Assembly (NCBI GenBank): GCA_034521595.1
Contig: JAXHMG010000003.1
Location: 2,944,001-3,008,000 of the forward strand
DNA from: Gemmatimonadota bacterium
GTDB lineage: Bacteria; Gemmatimonadota; Gemmatimonadetes; Longimicrobiales; Gaopeijiaceae
Direction of reading: 5' to 3'
DNA: 64,000 bases
Shown: in pieces, positions 20,645 through 30,456 of the stretch
Layout of the letters: every line of letters starts with the position of its first letter
Numbering within the stretch: position 1 is the first letter of the stretch
Program-made: the position numbers and the translations under genes
The notes under the pieces: model-generated
Told to the model about the DNA's origin: nothing
Database searches by the model: none
Seen by the model: only the letters and a program-made list of their open reading frames with translations

Positions 20645-21955
20645 ATGGCAACGAAGGTCCACATGGAGGCCCTGAGCCCGACGATGGAAGAGGGCCAGCT
20701 CGTACGGTGGCTCAAGTCCGAAGGCGACGAGGTTTCCAACGGCGACATCATCGCCGAGATCGAAACCGACAAGGCCACGATGGAGCTCGTGGCGCGAGGC
20801 GACGGCGTGCTCCGCAAGATCTTCCTCGAGGAGGGAGGCACGGCCCCCGTGGGTGCCGTGATCGCGGCGATCGGCGGAGCCGACGAGGATGTCTCCGAGA
20901 TCGAAGGCGAAGCCGTGAGTGGGGGCGGAGGTGCCTCCGAGGCGGCTGCCGACGGCGCGTCCGAGGCCGACGAGGCCCCTGGTGAAGTGGCCGACGAGGA
21001 GGACGGGGCGGCGGCACCCGCCGCGGCGGAAGCCCCCGAGGCTCCGAAGAAGTCGGCCGAGGCGGCCGCGCCCGACTCGTCCGCAGCGCGGACCTCGAGC
21101 GGGCGGGTGAAGGCATCGCCCGTGGCGCGGCGGCTCGCCGAGGAAGCGGGCCTCGATATCGGCCGGATCCCGGGGTCTGGCCCCGGCGGCCGCGTGGTGA
21201 AGCGGGATATCGAGGAGGCTCGGGAGAAGGGCGTCGCCGCTCCGGCGACTGCGGCGCAGGCCGGGCCGGAATACGAGGACGTGCCCGTTTCCCAGATGCG
21301 AAAGACGATCGCGAAGCGGCTCGTCACCTCCATCGGTCCGGTGCCGACGTTCTACCTGACGATCGACGTCGACATGGGCCGTGTGCTCGAAGCCCGTCGG
21401 AGCGTGAACGGCATGCTCGAGGACGAGGGCCGAAAGGTCTCCATCAACGACTTCGTCCTGAAGGCGACGGCGGCCTCGCTGGCGCGTCACCCGGAGTGCA
21501 ACGCTCAGTGGCACGACGGCTTCATCCGTCGTTACAACGCGGTGCACCTCGGCGTGGCGGTGGCCATTGACGACGGGCTCATCACTCCGGTCGTCCGCAA
21601 CGCTCATCTCAAGGGCATCGCCGACATCAGCGAGGAGGTTCGCGAGTTGGCGGGCCGGGCGCGCGATAAGCAGCTTCAGCCGGACGAGTACACGGGCGCC
21701 ACGTTTTCGGTATCGAATCTCGGGATGTTCGGCATCCACGAGTTCACGGCCATCATCAATCCGCCCGAGGCCGGCATCCTCGCCGTCGGCGGGGTGGAAG
21801 AGACGCCGGTGGCGGTGGACGGCGAGGTCGTGGTGCGGCCGCGGATGCGCGTCACCATGAGCTGTGACCACCGGGTCATCGACGGCGCGCAGGGCTCGCG
21901 CTACCTCCAGACCCTGAAGCACATGCTCGAGGAGCCGGCGGCGATCCTCGTCTGA
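20645..21955 (+). CDS. pdhC: Pyruvate dehydrogenase E2 dihydrolipoamide acetyltransferase
   Basis: Lipoyl domain ETDKA, Ala-rich linker, PSBD GSGPGGR, DHRVIDG. Confidence 0.96.
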   Translation: MATKVHMEALSPTMEEGQLVRWLKSEGDEVSNGDIIAEIETDKATMELVARGDGVLRKIFLEEGGTAPVGAVIAAIGGADEDVSEIEGEAVSGGGGASEAAADGASEADEAPGEVADEEDGAAAPAAAEAPEAPKKSAEAAAPDSSAARTSSGRVKASPVARRLAEEAGLDIGRIPGSGPGGRVVKRDIEEAREKGVAAPATAAQAGPEYEDVPVSQMRKTIAKRLVTSIGPVPTFYLTIDVDMGRVLEARRSVNGMLEDEGRKVSINDFVLKATAASLARHPECNAQWHDGFIRRYNAVHLGVAVAIDDGLITPVVRNAHLKGIADISEEVRELAGRARDKQLQPDEYTGATFSVSNLGMFGIHEFTAIINPPEAGILAVGGVEETPVAVDGEVVVRPRMRVTMSCDHRVIDGAQGSRYLQTLKHMLEEPAAILV

Positions 21956-22067
21956 TCAGTGGGAGGGAGCATCCGCGGCTCCGCCGACATCGCTCGCGTG
22001 GAGCGGAAGATGCCCGTAGGTTGATCTTCCATTACTCGGAACAGGTTCTCAGCTCCGGGAGGTCGAT

Positions 22068-22808
22068 ATGGGCGGGCACAGATCACGTTGGCTCATCGCT
22101 TCGATGGCCGTTCTGGTCACGGGGTGCGGTGGAAGATCCTCGCAGCCGCCGGGCTTCGAATCGGTCGGTACCTCGGCGCCCACGGAAACGGCCGAGCTCA
22201 TGCTCCGCCACTACGATCACGCCCGCACGCTGAGCTCGGCCGCGATCTTCGGTGACGAGGGGCGTGCGCGCGCCTCGGCGACCGCGATACATGAAGAAGA
22301 CGATCTCGTGAGGGTCCCGGGAGATGCCGAGGACGAGTACCGAGCGTTCCAGGCTTCCGTGGCGTCCGTGGAGGAAGCCGACGGTCGTGAGGAGCTGGCA
22401 CGGTCGGCGGCCACGGTGGCGCGGGAGTGTGGGGATTGTCACCTGGCCTCCGGTCTGGGCCCCACCTTCAGCGTGGGTCGGCCGGACGAGGTCGTGACGC
22501 CCCGCGATCACCTTCGTGTGCTCGCCTGGGGATCGTCCCGGATGTGGGAGTCACTGGTCGGCGGTTCCGACCTCGCGTGGCGTGCCGGTGCCCGGGCTCT
22601 TTCGGGTGAGCTGCTCCGCGAGGAACTCTACGCGTCGCGTGTTTCCGACGCCGAGATCGATTCCGCCCGCGCCCTGAGCGAGCAGTTGCACGGCCTCGGG
22701 GTCGAGGCGCTCGCCACCTCCACGCGGAACGAACGTGCCCGGGTGCTGGGTGAGATCTGGGGAACCTGCTCCGCGTGTCACGAGCTCGTGGGGATCGGTC
22801 GCTCGTAG
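22068..22808 (+). CDS. Diheme c-type cytochrome lipoprotein (tandem class II/cytochrome c'-like)
   Basis: Lipobox LVTG-C; CGDCH and CSACH, each at the end of a helical repeat. Confidence 0.8.
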   Translation: MGGHRSRWLIASMAVLVTGCGGRSSQPPGFESVGTSAPTETAELMLRHYDHARTLSSAAIFGDEGRARASATAIHEEDDLVRVPGDAEDEYRAFQASVASVEEADGREELARSAATVARECGDCHLASGLGPTFSVGRPDEVVTPRDHLRVLAWGSSRMWESLVGGSDLAWRAGARALSGELLREELYASRVSDAEIDSARALSEQLHGLGVEALATSTRNERARVLGEIWGTCSACHELVGIGRS

Positions 22809-23914
22809 ATTCTCCAGCGGCGATACGGCTCGAGGCCCATGGCGTCGAGCGGGTCGACGAGCGAATGGTTGTCCGCGAGTACCCAGGAGGCTTCGGCCCC
22901 TTCGGCGCCGAGGTCGAGGGCACGGCGGGCCGCTTCGTGCGCGAAGAGCGGAAAGAGCCCGAGATTCCGGAACTCGGATCTGAGGCCGAGCAGGACTACG
23001 CGCCCGCGTAGGACCCGGGGGATGCCTCGCGACAGCCGTACGATGTTCCAGGGCCAAAGGCGGCCCGACGGCATTTCTCGGAGCACTTCGTTCACGTCGT
23101 GGGCGATCATCATGAATCCGACGGTTTCGCCGTTCGCTTCGGCGACGAAGGAGAACCCGTCGGCGAGCACGGCCTCGAGGTCCCGAGCGGTATGCCAGAA
23201 CTCCTCCCAGGTCGGGGGCACGAAACCCCAGTTTCCGTCCCACGCTTCCACGTAGAGCTCCAGGACGTTCCTGGCTTCTTGCTTCAGCTTCGTCACGTCC
23301 AGCTCACGGAAGGTGACCCCGCTCTTGCGGCGGGCCCGCTCCGCTAGCCGAGCAACGCGCTCCGGCACTGCGAGCCGGTCTCGCGCGGGAACCCAATACC
23401 CGAGAAGGTCCCGCACCGCGTCGTAGCCCGCGCTGTCCAGCAACGTCATGTAATACGGCGGATTCCACGGGGTCATGATCACGGGCCGGTGCTCGAAGCC
23501 GTCCACGAGGAGGCCGCACTCGTGATTCATGGAGGGATTCATCGGGCCCCGCACCCGGTCGCAGCCCCGCTCCGACAGCCATTCTTCCGCCGCTCGAAGC
23601 AGCGCGTCGGCCGCGTCCTGATCCTCTCCGCATTCGAAGAAGCCGAAAAAGCCGACCCGGTCACCGTGATGCGCGTTGTGCCGGCGGTTCTCGATGGCCG
23701 CGATCCGGCCTACCGGAGCACCGTCACGGTGCGCGATGAAGAGGGCCCGGTCGGCGTTGTCGTAGAAGGGGTTCTTCTTCCGGTTCAGCAGGTCACGGAC
23801 CGCCGCGCGCAGGGGCGGTACCCAGGGCGTGTCCCGGCCGGCCTGAACCGTCCACGCGACCTCGATGAATCGGGAGATGCCTCTCCACCCTTCCACCCGC
23901 TCGATTTCGATCAA
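22778..23914 (-). CDS. GNAT-fold N-acyltransferase, YghO/bacterial ceramide synthase-like
   Basis: WVPPL, VGRIAA, GFFGFFEC, RGPMNPSMNHECGLLVDGF, WNPPYY. Confidence 0.8.
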   Translation of the reverse strand: MIEIERVEGWRGISRFIEVAWTVQAGRDTPWVPPLRAAVRDLLNRKKNPFYDNADRALFIAHRDGAPVGRIAAIENRRHNAHHGDRVGFFGFFECGEDQDAADALLRAAEEWLSERGCDRVRGPMNPSMNHECGLLVDGFEHRPVIMTPWNPPYYMTLLDSAGYDAVRDLLGYWVPARDRLAVPERVARLAERARRKSGVTFRELDVTKLKQEARNVLELYVEAWDGNWGFVPPTWEEFWHTARDLEAVLADGFSFVAEANGETVGFMMIAHDVNEVLREMPSGRLWPWNIVRLSRGIPRVLRGRVVLLGLRSEFRNLGLFPLFAHEAARRALDLGAEGAEASWVLADNHSLVDPLDAMGLEPYRRWRIYERPIPTSS

Positions 23915-23994
23915 CCGCCGCCCTCCCAGGGTGAACCATGCGCGACACGGTGGTAGCGCAGTCTACGAAGTCGCGAGCCGTGGTAGAAGGCCGG

Positions 23995-25098
23995 TCACCA
24001 CGGTCGGGCGGACGCCGCGCGCTCGACGGCCTCGAGGTGTCGCGACGGGGCCTCGGCCACCCAGCTCCGGAAGGCCCTGACCGCATCCTTCGAAGGATAG
24101 GGTGAACGGTCCCAAAATGCATCCAGATCTCCGTATCCGCCGGCTCGCGCCGCGCCGTGCCGCACCGCGTCCCAGGCGTTCAAGCGTTGCTCGTACTGGC
24201 CGGCCGTGGGGACGGCGAGCACGGGCTTGCCCAGGTGGAACGCTTCGCAGATCGCTTCGAATCCCGCGGATCCGACGAACGCGTGGCACCGTCCCAGGTC
24301 CGTCAAGAAACGCTCCTGGTCGAGGTCTCGCACTTCGAGGCCCGGGCCGGGCTCCGTACGGAGCGCGTCTCGCCCCCCGTCGACATAGCACCGCACCGGA
24401 ACGTCCGGGCGCGTCCGCTGCCACCTGGCCAGGAGATCCCCGTAGCCGCTGTTGAGCGCGTACGCCAGGAGGAAGCCGTCATCTCGTCGTTCGACCGCGT
24501 CGAGGCCGGAGCGGAGCAGAGGGGGCATGAACTCCAGGCGCTCGGAAGGAACGCCCGGGCGCGGCCCGAACGAGAGCGCGAGGCGACTCCGCGTGCGCGC
24601 CGCGGTGGCCCGGGTCCAACCGAGCACGGCACGCTGCACCGGGGACGAGCCCGGGAGCGGATGCAGGTCCGGCTCCAGGAAGACGTAGTTGTGGGCCACG
24701 GCGACGGCGGGGACGGAGGTCTGGAAGAGGATACGCGACATCGCCGCCACGAGGTCGAGAAAGTTGACCACCAGGTCGAGGTCGGCGGTCCCCTGATGGA
24801 GGCGACGGGCGGCACGCGCGAACGCCGGCGCCCGCCGGACCGCGTCACGCAGCGTCGCGGCCGGCGAAGCCGCCAGTCCCCGGCGGTCCGGGACCTGAAC
24901 CGGAGCCGCGAAGGGCTCGACCGGCGCGGCGATGCCGTCTTCGAAATAGGAGGGGACCGAGCGGTACGGGCTCGTCCCGATCCAAACACGCGCCACCTCG
25001 TGGCCGGCCTCGCGCAAGATGCGCGCTAGAGCGAGAGCCTGGGTCATGTGCCCCCGTCCCTCGCCTTGGACGACGAACCCCACGCGCAGGGGCGTCAC
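23995..25098 (-). CDS. GT-B glycosyltransferase (MJ1255/VC2487-like)
   Basis: VQGEGRGHMTQA N-terminus, SAGFE..CEA..LGKP, GQYEQ..NA. Confidence 0.85.
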   Translation of the reverse strand: MTPLRVGFVVQGEGRGHMTQALALARILREAGHEVARVWIGTSPYRSVPSYFEDGIAAPVEPFAAPVQVPDRRGLAASPAATLRDAVRRAPAFARAARRLHQGTADLDLVVNFLDLVAAMSRILFQTSVPAVAVAHNYVFLEPDLHPLPGSSPVQRAVLGWTRATAARTRSRLALSFGPRPGVPSERLEFMPPLLRSGLDAVERRDDGFLLAYALNSGYGDLLARWQRTRPDVPVRCYVDGGRDALRTEPGPGLEVRDLDQERFLTDLGRCHAFVGSAGFEAICEAFHLGKPVLAVPTAGQYEQRLNAWDAVRHGAARAGGYGDLDAFWDRSPYPSKDAVRAFRSWVAEAPSRHLEAVERAASARPW

Positions 25099-25214
25099 CG
25101 TGGTTGCGCTCTCGTCACTTTACCCTCTCTCTTCCCGGCTCTACCTTCGTAGACTCCGATTTCCTTCGAACTTGTCGGGGCGACTCCGCCCCCTTCATCG
25201 AGAGAGGAACCCGC

Positions 25215-26627
25215 GTGGCTGGTAAGAATGGCGAGCATTTCGACCTGATCGTGATCGGTAGTGGTCCCGGCGGCTACGTCGCCGCCATCCGTGCCGCCCA
25301 ACTGGGCATGAAGGTCGCGTGCGTGGAGACCAAGCACCTCGGCGGCGTGTGCCTCAACATCGGGTGTATCCCGACGAAGGCGATGCTGACGAGCGCGCTC
25401 ATGGTCAACGAGATGAAAGAAGGGGAGCGGCACGGCATCGTCGCGAAGGATGTGACGTTCGACCTCGCGCCCGCTCAGGAGCGGAGCCGCAAGGTCGCCG
25501 AGCAGATGCGGAACGGAATCGGCTTCCTGTTCAAGAAGAACAAGGTGACGCACCTCGAGGGCTTCGGCCGGCTGAAGGGCAAGGGCAAGGTCGAAGTGGA
25601 GGCATCCGACGGCAAGCGGTCCGTGCACGACGCGGACAATATCATCGTCGCGACCGGGGCCCGTCCCCGTGAGCTTCCGGTGCTACCGATCGACGAGGAC
25701 CGCATCTGGTCATCGGATGGGGCTCTCATGCAGACGAAGGCGCCGGAATCCCTCCTGATCGTCGGAGCCGGGGCGATCGGTATGGAGTTCGCCGACGTTT
25801 ACGGCTCGTACGGCACCAAGGTGACGATCGTGGAAGCCCTCGACCGGATCCTTCCCCTCGAGGACGCCGAGGTCTCCAAGTTCATGGAGCGCACCTACAA
25901 GAAGCGCGGCATGGATATCTACACCGGTGCTCGCTTCGAGGAGGCCGACGTCAAGGACGACGGCGTCACCGTCACGTTCAAGGACGCGGACGGCGAGGCC
26001 CATACCATGGACGTGGACAACGTGCTCGCCGCGGTCGGGCGGGTTCCCAACTCACAGGATCTCGGACTCGAATCCGTCGGGGTCGGAGTCGACGACCGGG
26101 GCTTCATCAAGGTCGACGAGCACCTCCAGACCAACGTGACCGGCGTCTACGCGCTCGGCGACGTGGCCGGCAACCAGCTTCTCGCGCACAAGGCGATGCA
26201 CGAAGGGGTCGTCTGCGTCGAGCACATCGCGGGCGAGGGGCACGGAAGCGTGGATTACGAGAACGTGCCCAACTGCACGTATTGTCACCCCGAAGTCGCT
26301 TCCGTGGGATTGAGCGAGGAGCGAGCCAAGGAAGAGGGGTACGACATCGAAGTCGGGAAGATGCCCTGGGTGGGCATCGGCCGGGCGGTCGCTTCCGGGC
26401 ACTCCGACGGCTTCATCAAGGTGATCCGGGACAAGAAGTACTCCGAGGTGTTGGGTGCGCACATCGTAGGGCCGCACGCGACGGAGCTGATCGCGGAGTT
26501 CGTCCTCGGGCGCCATCTCGAGTCCACCGTAGAGGAGATCGAGAAGGCGATGCACCCGCACCCGACCCTGTCCGAAGGCGTCGCGGAAGGGGCGTTGGCG
26601 GCGCTGGGCCGGGCGATCCACATTTGA
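25215..26627 (+). CDS. lpdA: Dihydrolipoamide dehydrogenase (E3)
   Basis: GSGPGGYVAA, GGVCLNIGCIPTK, HPHPTLSE; GAGG RBS before GTG 25215. Confidence 0.97.
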   Translation: MAGKNGEHFDLIVIGSGPGGYVAAIRAAQLGMKVACVETKHLGGVCLNIGCIPTKAMLTSALMVNEMKEGERHGIVAKDVTFDLAPAQERSRKVAEQMRNGIGFLFKKNKVTHLEGFGRLKGKGKVEVEASDGKRSVHDADNIIVATGARPRELPVLPIDEDRIWSSDGALMQTKAPESLLIVGAGAIGMEFADVYGSYGTKVTIVEALDRILPLEDAEVSKFMERTYKKRGMDIYTGARFEEADVKDDGVTVTFKDADGEAHTMDVDNVLAAVGRVPNSQDLGLESVGVGVDDRGFIKVDEHLQTNVTGVYALGDVAGNQLLAHKAMHEGVVCVEHIAGEGHGSVDYENVPNCTYCHPEVASVGLSEERAKEEGYDIEVGKMPWVGIGRAVASGHSDGFIKVIRDKKYSEVLGAHIVGPHATELIAEFVLGRHLESTVEEIEKAMHPHPTLSEGVAEGALAALGRAIHI

Positions 26628-26628
26628 C

Positions 26629-27132
26629 GTGGACGACTTCGAAGTCGTGACCACGGCTCGGGAGCTCGACCAGCCGGCTCCACGGCCGTGGTCCGCGGAC
26701 CAAGAGGAGTCGCTGCGGCTCTGGATCGCGTTGGCCCGGTGTTACTCGAGCTTCGCGAAAGCCGTGTCGTGCAAGATCCAGGAATACGGCCTCACGACCC
26801 CACAGTTCGGTGTGCTCGAGGCCTTGTTCCACCTCGGGCCCCTCTCGTTGGGAGAGCTCGCCGAGAAGCTGCTCGTGACCGGCGGGAACGTGACCTACGT
26901 GATGGACCGGCTCGAACAGAGGGGCCTGGTCTACCGTGATCGTTCGGAAGGTGACCGGCGGGTCATCCAGGCCAAGCTCACCACGGCCGGAAGGGAGATG
27001 ATCTCTTCCGTCTTCCCCGGGCACGTGGAGTACGTGGAGCACCTCACGCGGCACCTGGAGCCGAACGAGCGCCGAGAGCTGCGAAGTCTTCTGAAGAAGC
27101 TCGGTCGAGGAATCGCCGAAGAAGAGTTGTAA
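26629..27132 (+). CDS. MarR family transcriptional regulator
   Basis: LT..QFGVL, GNVTYVMDRLE..GLV.R...DRR winged helix. Confidence 0.93.
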   Translation: MDDFEVVTTARELDQPAPRPWSADQEESLRLWIALARCYSSFAKAVSCKIQEYGLTTPQFGVLEALFHLGPLSLGELAEKLLVTGGNVTYVMDRLEQRGLVYRDRSEGDRRVIQAKLTTAGREMISSVFPGHVEYVEHLTRHLEPNERRELRSLLKKLGRGIAEEEL

Positions 27133-27169
27133 GAGGCTCGCCGACTCCCAGCCACGCCCGTGCGGGCTG

Positions 27170-28405
27170 CTAGGCCGGCTGGGGGTCGGCGGTGGCGGAT
27201 TCCAGCTCGATGCCCCGGATGCTCAGGATTCGCACGAGCGCCTCGCCGATCTTGTTGTTCGGAGTGGATGCGCCGGCCGTCAGGCCGAGCTCGAACGGAT
27301 CGTCCGGAAGCCAGCCCTCTTCGACGATCTCCTCCGCGGTCGGATCGAGCTCCGGCTTGTGCCGGATCGTGCCGCGCTCCACGTCGATGCACGACGCGTC
27401 CTCCACGTGGAACGTCGTGGTGTGCTGTCGGCAGAGGTGCGCGAGATGGTTCGTGTTCGACGAGTTGTAGCCGCCGATGACCAGCATGATGTGTGGCGGC
27501 TCTTGCATCATCTCGGCCACGGCGTCCTGCCGTTCCTGCGTCGCCGAGCAGATGGTTCCGAACGACCGGAAGTGCTCCGCGGCGTGCTCTTCCCCGAAGC
27601 GTTCGACCATCGCCTCGTGCACCTTCATGCCGATGGCGAGGGACTCTTTCGCCAGCATGGTCGTCTGGTTCGCGACACCGACTTTCCGGAGGTGCACGTC
27701 GGGGTCGAACCCCGGGGTGGCCTTCTTCTCGAAGTGCTTCATGAACGCCTCGCGGGAGAGGTGTCCGGGGCGCTCGGCGATGTAGTCGAAGACCAGCTTC
27801 GCCTCGTCCATGTCCCGCACGATGATGTAGGTCCCCCCTTCGTGCTCGTTGACCTGGGACGCCGTGGCACGGGACTCTTCGTGGGTGTACTTCCCGTGGA
27901 TCAGCGCCGTGAATCCGTCCTTGGCGTAGTTCTCGACCCGCTTCCAGACGTGGAGGACCGAACCGCAGGTCGTGTCGACCAGGATGCACCCGATGTTCCG
28001 CAGCGTGTCGAAGTCCTCGAGCGTGACGCCGAACGCGGGCAGGATGACCACGTCGTCCGGACCGATGTCCGAGAAATCGAAGGCACCGTCGTCGCCGGGA
28101 TAGATGAAGCGGATCCCCATCTCGGTCATCCGCTGGTTGACGTGCGGATTATGGATGATCTCGCCCACCAGGAAGATGCGCTTGTCCGGAAACTTGTGGA
28201 CGGTCTCGTACGCGTAGTCGACCGCCCGGTCGACGCCATAGCAGAATCCGAACTCCTGAGCGAGTCGGACGGTCACGTCTCCGAATTCGTCGCGGTATCC
28301 GCGGGAACGGATCCGCTCGACGAGGCCCGATTGGTATTCCGCGTCGATGAGCGGGCGGAGCTCCTTCTTGAGTCCGAACCCCTTGCGGAAGTAGGTCTGC
28401 TCCAT
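27170..28405 (-). CDS. ispH: 4-hydroxy-3-methylbut-2-enyl diphosphate reductase
   Basis: FGFCYGVDRA, IIHN, DTTC, TICSATQERQ, SSNT, TAGASTP. Confidence 0.96.
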   Translation of the reverse strand: MEQTYFRKGFGLKKELRPLIDAEYQSGLVERIRSRGYRDEFGDVTVRLAQEFGFCYGVDRAVDYAYETVHKFPDKRIFLVGEIIHNPHVNQRMTEMGIRFIYPGDDGAFDFSDIGPDDVVILPAFGVTLEDFDTLRNIGCILVDTTCGSVLHVWKRVENYAKDGFTALIHGKYTHEESRATASQVNEHEGGTYIIVRDMDEAKLVFDYIAERPGHLSREAFMKHFEKKATPGFDPDVHLRKVGVANQTTMLAKESLAIGMKVHEAMVERFGEEHAAEHFRSFGTICSATQERQDAVAEMMQEPPHIMLVIGGYNSSNTNHLAHLCRQHTTTFHVEDASCIDVERGTIRHKPELDPTAEEIVEEGWLPDDPFELGLTAGASTPNNKIGEALVRILSIRGIELESATADPQPA

Positions 28406-28551
28406 TCTGCGTCTCGCGTCGTGGCGGGAAGGTCATGGGGTGATGCGGGCGTACCCCGAGCCGGGGAGCCCGGTCCACCACCGTCAAAGTTGATCTCCGA
28501 TCGGCGGCCCCTCGACAGGAACTCGCGGGTCCACCTCCGGTAGCAGACACC

Positions 28552-29088
28552 ATGAGTCTCTTCGGTCGTTTGTTCGTTCTTTTCGTGCTCGTACCCGTCG
28601 TCGAGCTGGCGCTTCTCGTGCAGCTCGGCCGGGTGGTCGGGGTCCTCCCCACCGTCGCTCTGGTGCTGCTCACCGGGGTCGCGGGCGCCTGGCTGGCGCG
28701 CGCTGAAGGCACGCGCGTTCTCTTCGGCTTCCAGAACGAGCTGGCCGGGGGGCGGCTGCCCGAGCAGGCGCTCTTCGACGGGATCTGCATCCTGGTGGGT
28801 GGGGCCGTGCTGCTCACGCCGGGCATCCTGACCGACATTCTCGGCTTCGCGCTCCTCGTGCCGTTCACCCGGCGATGGATCCAGAAGCGCCTGCGGCGCG
28901 GTCTCGAGCGACGGATGGAGCAGGGCTCGATCCGGGTCGTGACGTTCGGGGGAAGCTCCGGCTTCGGCGGCTTCGCGGGAGGTGGCTTCGGTGGATGGGG
29001 ACCGGAGTCGCGGACCCCCGGAGAGCCGGACGAGTCCCTCGATCTCGATCCCCGCCAAGGGATCGAAGTGCCCTCGGACGAGCGTTGA
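28552..29088 (+). CDS. fxsA: FxsA family membrane protein
   Basis: LFVLVPVVEL...LLTPGILTD..G. Confidence 0.9.
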   Translation: MSLFGRLFVLFVLVPVVELALLVQLGRVVGVLPTVALVLLTGVAGAWLARAEGTRVLFGFQNELAGGRLPEQALFDGICILVGGAVLLTPGILTDILGFALLVPFTRRWIQKRLRRGLERRMEQGSIRVVTFGGSSGFGGFAGGGFGGWGPESRTPGEPDESLDLDPRQGIEVPSDER

Positions 29089-29184
29089 GGCTCTGACGCA
29101 ACCGTCGCATCCTTCCGGCGCAATCGGGCGTGGACCCGATAGCGGCACGGAGATAGCTTCGGGATCCGTCCAACCGAGAGGCTC

Positions 29185-30252
29185 ATGAACCACGACATTT
29201 CCTTCCTAGAACGGCTCCTCGACGCGCCCGGCCCCTCCGGCTTCGAGGTCCGCGCGGCGCGTGTGTGGCGCGAAGAGGCTCGGACGTTCGCCACCGACGT
29301 CGATGTCGACGTCAGCGGTAATTCATTCGCTACGGTCGCAGGCAGCGGGGGCACGCGCGTCATGCTCGCCGGCCACATCGACGAGATCGGCTTGCAGATC
29401 ACCCACGTGGACAAGGAGGGCTACCTCTACGTGGACGGTATCGGTGGGTGGGACCCGCAGGTGTTGGTGGGTCAGCGGGTCACGATCCTCGGACGCGCGG
29501 GAGACGTCACGGGCGTGGTGGGTAAGAAGGCCATCCACCTCATGACTCCGGAAGACCGGACACAGGCGTCCAAGATCAAGAACCTCTGGGTCGACGTCGG
29601 CGCCGCTTCCCGTGAGGAGGTGCTCGAGCTCGGAATCCGGGTCGGCGACCCTATGGTCATCGCTCAACCTATGACGCGTTTGGCCGGCGACCGCATCGCG
29701 AGCCGCGCGATCGATAACCGCATCGGCGCCTTCGTGGTACTCGAAGCTCTGCGCCTGCTTTCGGACGACGAACCGTTCGCGACCACGACGGCGGTCGCCA
29801 CGGTTCAGGAGGAGATCGGCCATGCGGGTGGTGGGGCGCGCACGAGCGCGTACCAGCTCGAGCCGGACGTGGCGCTCGTCGTCGACGTGACCTTCAGCAC
29901 GGACGTGCCCGACGTGGAGAAGAAGGAGCTCGGCGAGCACGAGCTCGGTGGAGGGCCGGTTCTGAGTCGGGGCTCCGCATCGCACAACGAGGTGTTCGAG
30001 GAGCTCGCCACGACCGCCGAGAAGGCAGGGATCCCCTTCACCATTCAGGCCTCTCCGTTGGCCACCCGCACCGACGCGGACGGCATCTATCTGACCCGCC
30101 GCGGCGTGCCGACCGCGGTGGTCTCGGTCCCCAACCGTTACATGCACTCGCCCAACGAAGTGGTGAGCGTTCGGGACGTCTTCAGCGCGGCCGAGCTGCT
30201 CGCCGCGTTCGTTCGAGCACTCGAGAAGGACACGGACTTCACCCCCCGCTGA
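29185..30252 (+). CDS. M42 family metallo-aminopeptidase
   Basis: GPSGFE, GHIDEIG, DNR, QEEIG, RYMHS. Confidence 0.94.
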   Translation: MNHDISFLERLLDAPGPSGFEVRAARVWREEARTFATDVDVDVSGNSFATVAGSGGTRVMLAGHIDEIGLQITHVDKEGYLYVDGIGGWDPQVLVGQRVTILGRAGDVTGVVGKKAIHLMTPEDRTQASKIKNLWVDVGAASREEVLELGIRVGDPMVIAQPMTRLAGDRIASRAIDNRIGAFVVLEALRLLSDDEPFATTTAVATVQEEIGHAGGGARTSAYQLEPDVALVVDVTFSTDVPDVEKKELGEHELGGGPVLSRGSASHNEVFEELATTAEKAGIPFTIQASPLATRTDADGIYLTRRGVPTAVVSVPNRYMHSPNEVVSVRDVFSAAELLAAFVRALEKDTDFTPR

Positions 30253-30260
30253 CCTTCGGG

Positions 30261-30294
30261 GGCGGGTGAGCCCACGATCGCGGGCTCACCCGCC
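30261..30294 (+). terminator. Strong hairpin after the M42 gene (terminator-like, no U-tract)
   Basis: GGCGGGTGAGCCC / GGGCTCACCCGCC perfect 13-bp stem, 8-nt loop. Confidence 0.6.
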
Positions 30295-30297
30295 ACG

Positions 30298-30326
30298 TTG
30301 ACGCCCCCTGGCGGTGCGTCTACCGT
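30298..30326 (+). promoter_or_regulatory. Putative sigma70 promoter for the GAF-MBL genes
   Basis: TTGACG, 17 nt spacer, TACCGT. Confidence 0.6.
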
Positions 30327-30456
30327 TCGGACCCCCGAGACCGGGACCGCGGAACGCTCTCACCCGGAGAGACGCCAGTCCGGGAACGCAGGATCTGTGG
30401 GAAGTCGACTTCGGGACCGCGCCGGAGTCGGTGGCACATTCTGACGGAAGCAACCG

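Noticed and set aside
27399-27414. parS-like TCCTCCACGTGGAACG inside ispH (a weaker one lies in dnaA near 2355-2368)
   Set aside because: Three mismatches to the consensus and explained by coding for FHVE
30425-30437. GAGTCGGTGGCAC, reminiscent of tracrRNA 3' hairpin sequence
   Set aside because: Short match only; no cas genes, repeats or anti-repeat in the window
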